A stretch of DNA of 63,716 nucleotides, filler included, from Reticulomyxa filosa (Eukaryota > Protista > Foraminifera): the NCBI GenBank assembly GCA_000512085.1. It is 19 parts of 19 records of this genome, joined end to end, with 100 filler letters (N's around TTAATTAATTAA, not from the genome) between each part and the next. Parts side by side here need not be neighbours in the genome. Positions count along the whole stretch, not along the records: positions 62,682 to 63,716 come from ASPP01035595.1; 18 more parts are not named here. The stretch is one strand, 5' to 3'. The notes under the pieces were generated by a model that saw only the letters and a list, made by a program, of their open reading frames with translations, had not been told where the DNA came from and searched no databases. The translations under genes were made by a program, and so were the position numbers. Shown piece after piece: positions 62,582-63,716 of this stretch (its first letter is position 1; each line of letters begins with the position of its first letter).

Positions 62582-63716
62582 NNNNNNNNNNNNNNNNNNN
62601 NNNNNNNNNNNNNNNNNNNNNNNNNTTAATTAATTAANNNNNNNNNNNNNNNNNNNNNNNNNNNNNNNNNNNNNNNNNNNNAATAAAATAACTTTTACCT
62701 TAGCTTTGGTATTTTGGTACAATCACACCTTTGCATTGTCGTTTATCGTTGTCGTCGTCATTAGCCTATTTTTTTTTTCAAAATACGTACAATGCATAAG
62801 TATACATAAACATTGCAATGTGGATCAAAAAAAAGATTATGTACATTTATTTGTTTATTTATACGTTTTACAATAATAGATCAGATTTTTAAAAAGAAAA
62901 GAAATATTTGTACCTTATGTACATTTGTCGGCCGACATTTCCTTTGGCTCGATCGTTTGCGTCTTGTACGCAATCACTGTTGTGATTTATCCGCCCTGTA
63001 TCTCCGCCACTTGCGAGCCATTGTGGGAGACAACACGCTAATATTCCACACTGAATGATCCCATACGCCAATACCACTTTTCTAAACGTCTAGTGGCTCC
63101 ATAGATTGACATTATGTCGTGTTGGTACGTCCAGCAGTATTGTTGTCTACTGTATTTTTTTTTTTAATATGTGTGATATTAAAATACATTATTTTATTAT
63201 TGTAATCAAAGTCTTTCTTACATACTTATATATTTCTTTTTTTTATTCATTTGTTTTTTTAATGAAAAAAAATGAATATCGAAAATAACTGAAATGAGTA
63301 AATCACAATATCGAATGATGAAATAATCTGCCATGTTTGACAAGCCCGTCATTTGATGCAAGATTTGGGGGGCTGAGTTAATATTCAGTGTTGGAATGGC
63401 GATTATTGGTGTGATAAAATTGGTGATGTGATTTGAGTGATGTGATAATTGTTTGTGCGATAGTGGTTGACGTGGATGTGGCGTACTGGCTGTTGATCTT
63501 GTAAAGTATGAGTTTTGGAGTGGTGATGTCCAAATTTGGGCTAATAACTTGTGCGTCATTTGAGAGAGTGACTTGAAAAGAGTACTCATATCTGCAACGC
63601 CAGCCCGTAAACTCCAAACTCAGCCAGAAAAGGGAAAAGTTACGACATCCAACTCCATAACTTTTGCATAAAAGAAATTCGTAATTTGCAATTGTAATCA
63701 ACATATTTGATCAAAA

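Noticed and set aside
1843-62681. Regularly recurring TTAATTAATTAA palindrome flanked by N runs, considered as a repeat or CRISPR-like array
   Set aside because: It is an identical synthetic 100-bp contig linker with six-frame stops, not biological sequence.
62682-63716. Minus-strand ORFs 63218-63589, 63378-63704 and 62889-63077
   Set aside because: No consistent frame or recognisable motif, so no call can be supported.
1-63716. tRNA, rRNA, transposase, reverse transcriptase or CRISPR features
   Set aside because: None recognised by eye. tRNAscan, Infernal and RepeatMasker would be needed to exclude them.

Overview
This is AT-rich eukaryotic genomic DNA, not a prokaryotic locus. The window consists of 19 unrelated short contigs joined by 18 identical artificial 100-bp linkers (44 N + TTAATTAATTAA + 44 N), so adjacency across a linker means nothing biologically. 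Short GT-AG introns full of homopolymer and (AT)n tracts, long polyQ/D/N microsatellite ORFs and many pseudogenes suggest a foraminiferan or other rhizarian such as Reticulomyxa; this is inference from style only. All homology calls come from recalled motifs, with no database search. Recognisable genes: Sestrin C-terminal half, UBR-box E3 ligase, class I cyclic-nucleotide phosphodiesterase, triple-SAM protein, a giant RNF213/mysterin-like protein, a 4xWW protein, bromodomain-ET protein, WASH1, P2C Na+/K+-type ATPase, TPR protein, C1GALT1-like glycosyltransferase and an Shr3-like ER protein. Recognisable pseudogenes: MerA/LpdA-like flavoprotein, Spg1/Tem1, SYS1, class III cyclase, poly(A) polymerase-like NTase, VLIG/GVIN-type GTPase and eRF1. 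The two most interesting signals are (1) a head-to-head paralog pair of OAS/cGAS-fold nucleotidyltransferase-like genes, where the readable copy has lost the catalytic aspartates, and (2) a Na+/K+-type ATPase with a ubiquitin-like domain inserted in its cytoplasmic loop, a ~190-aa M7-M8 loop and substituted Na+ site III residues.
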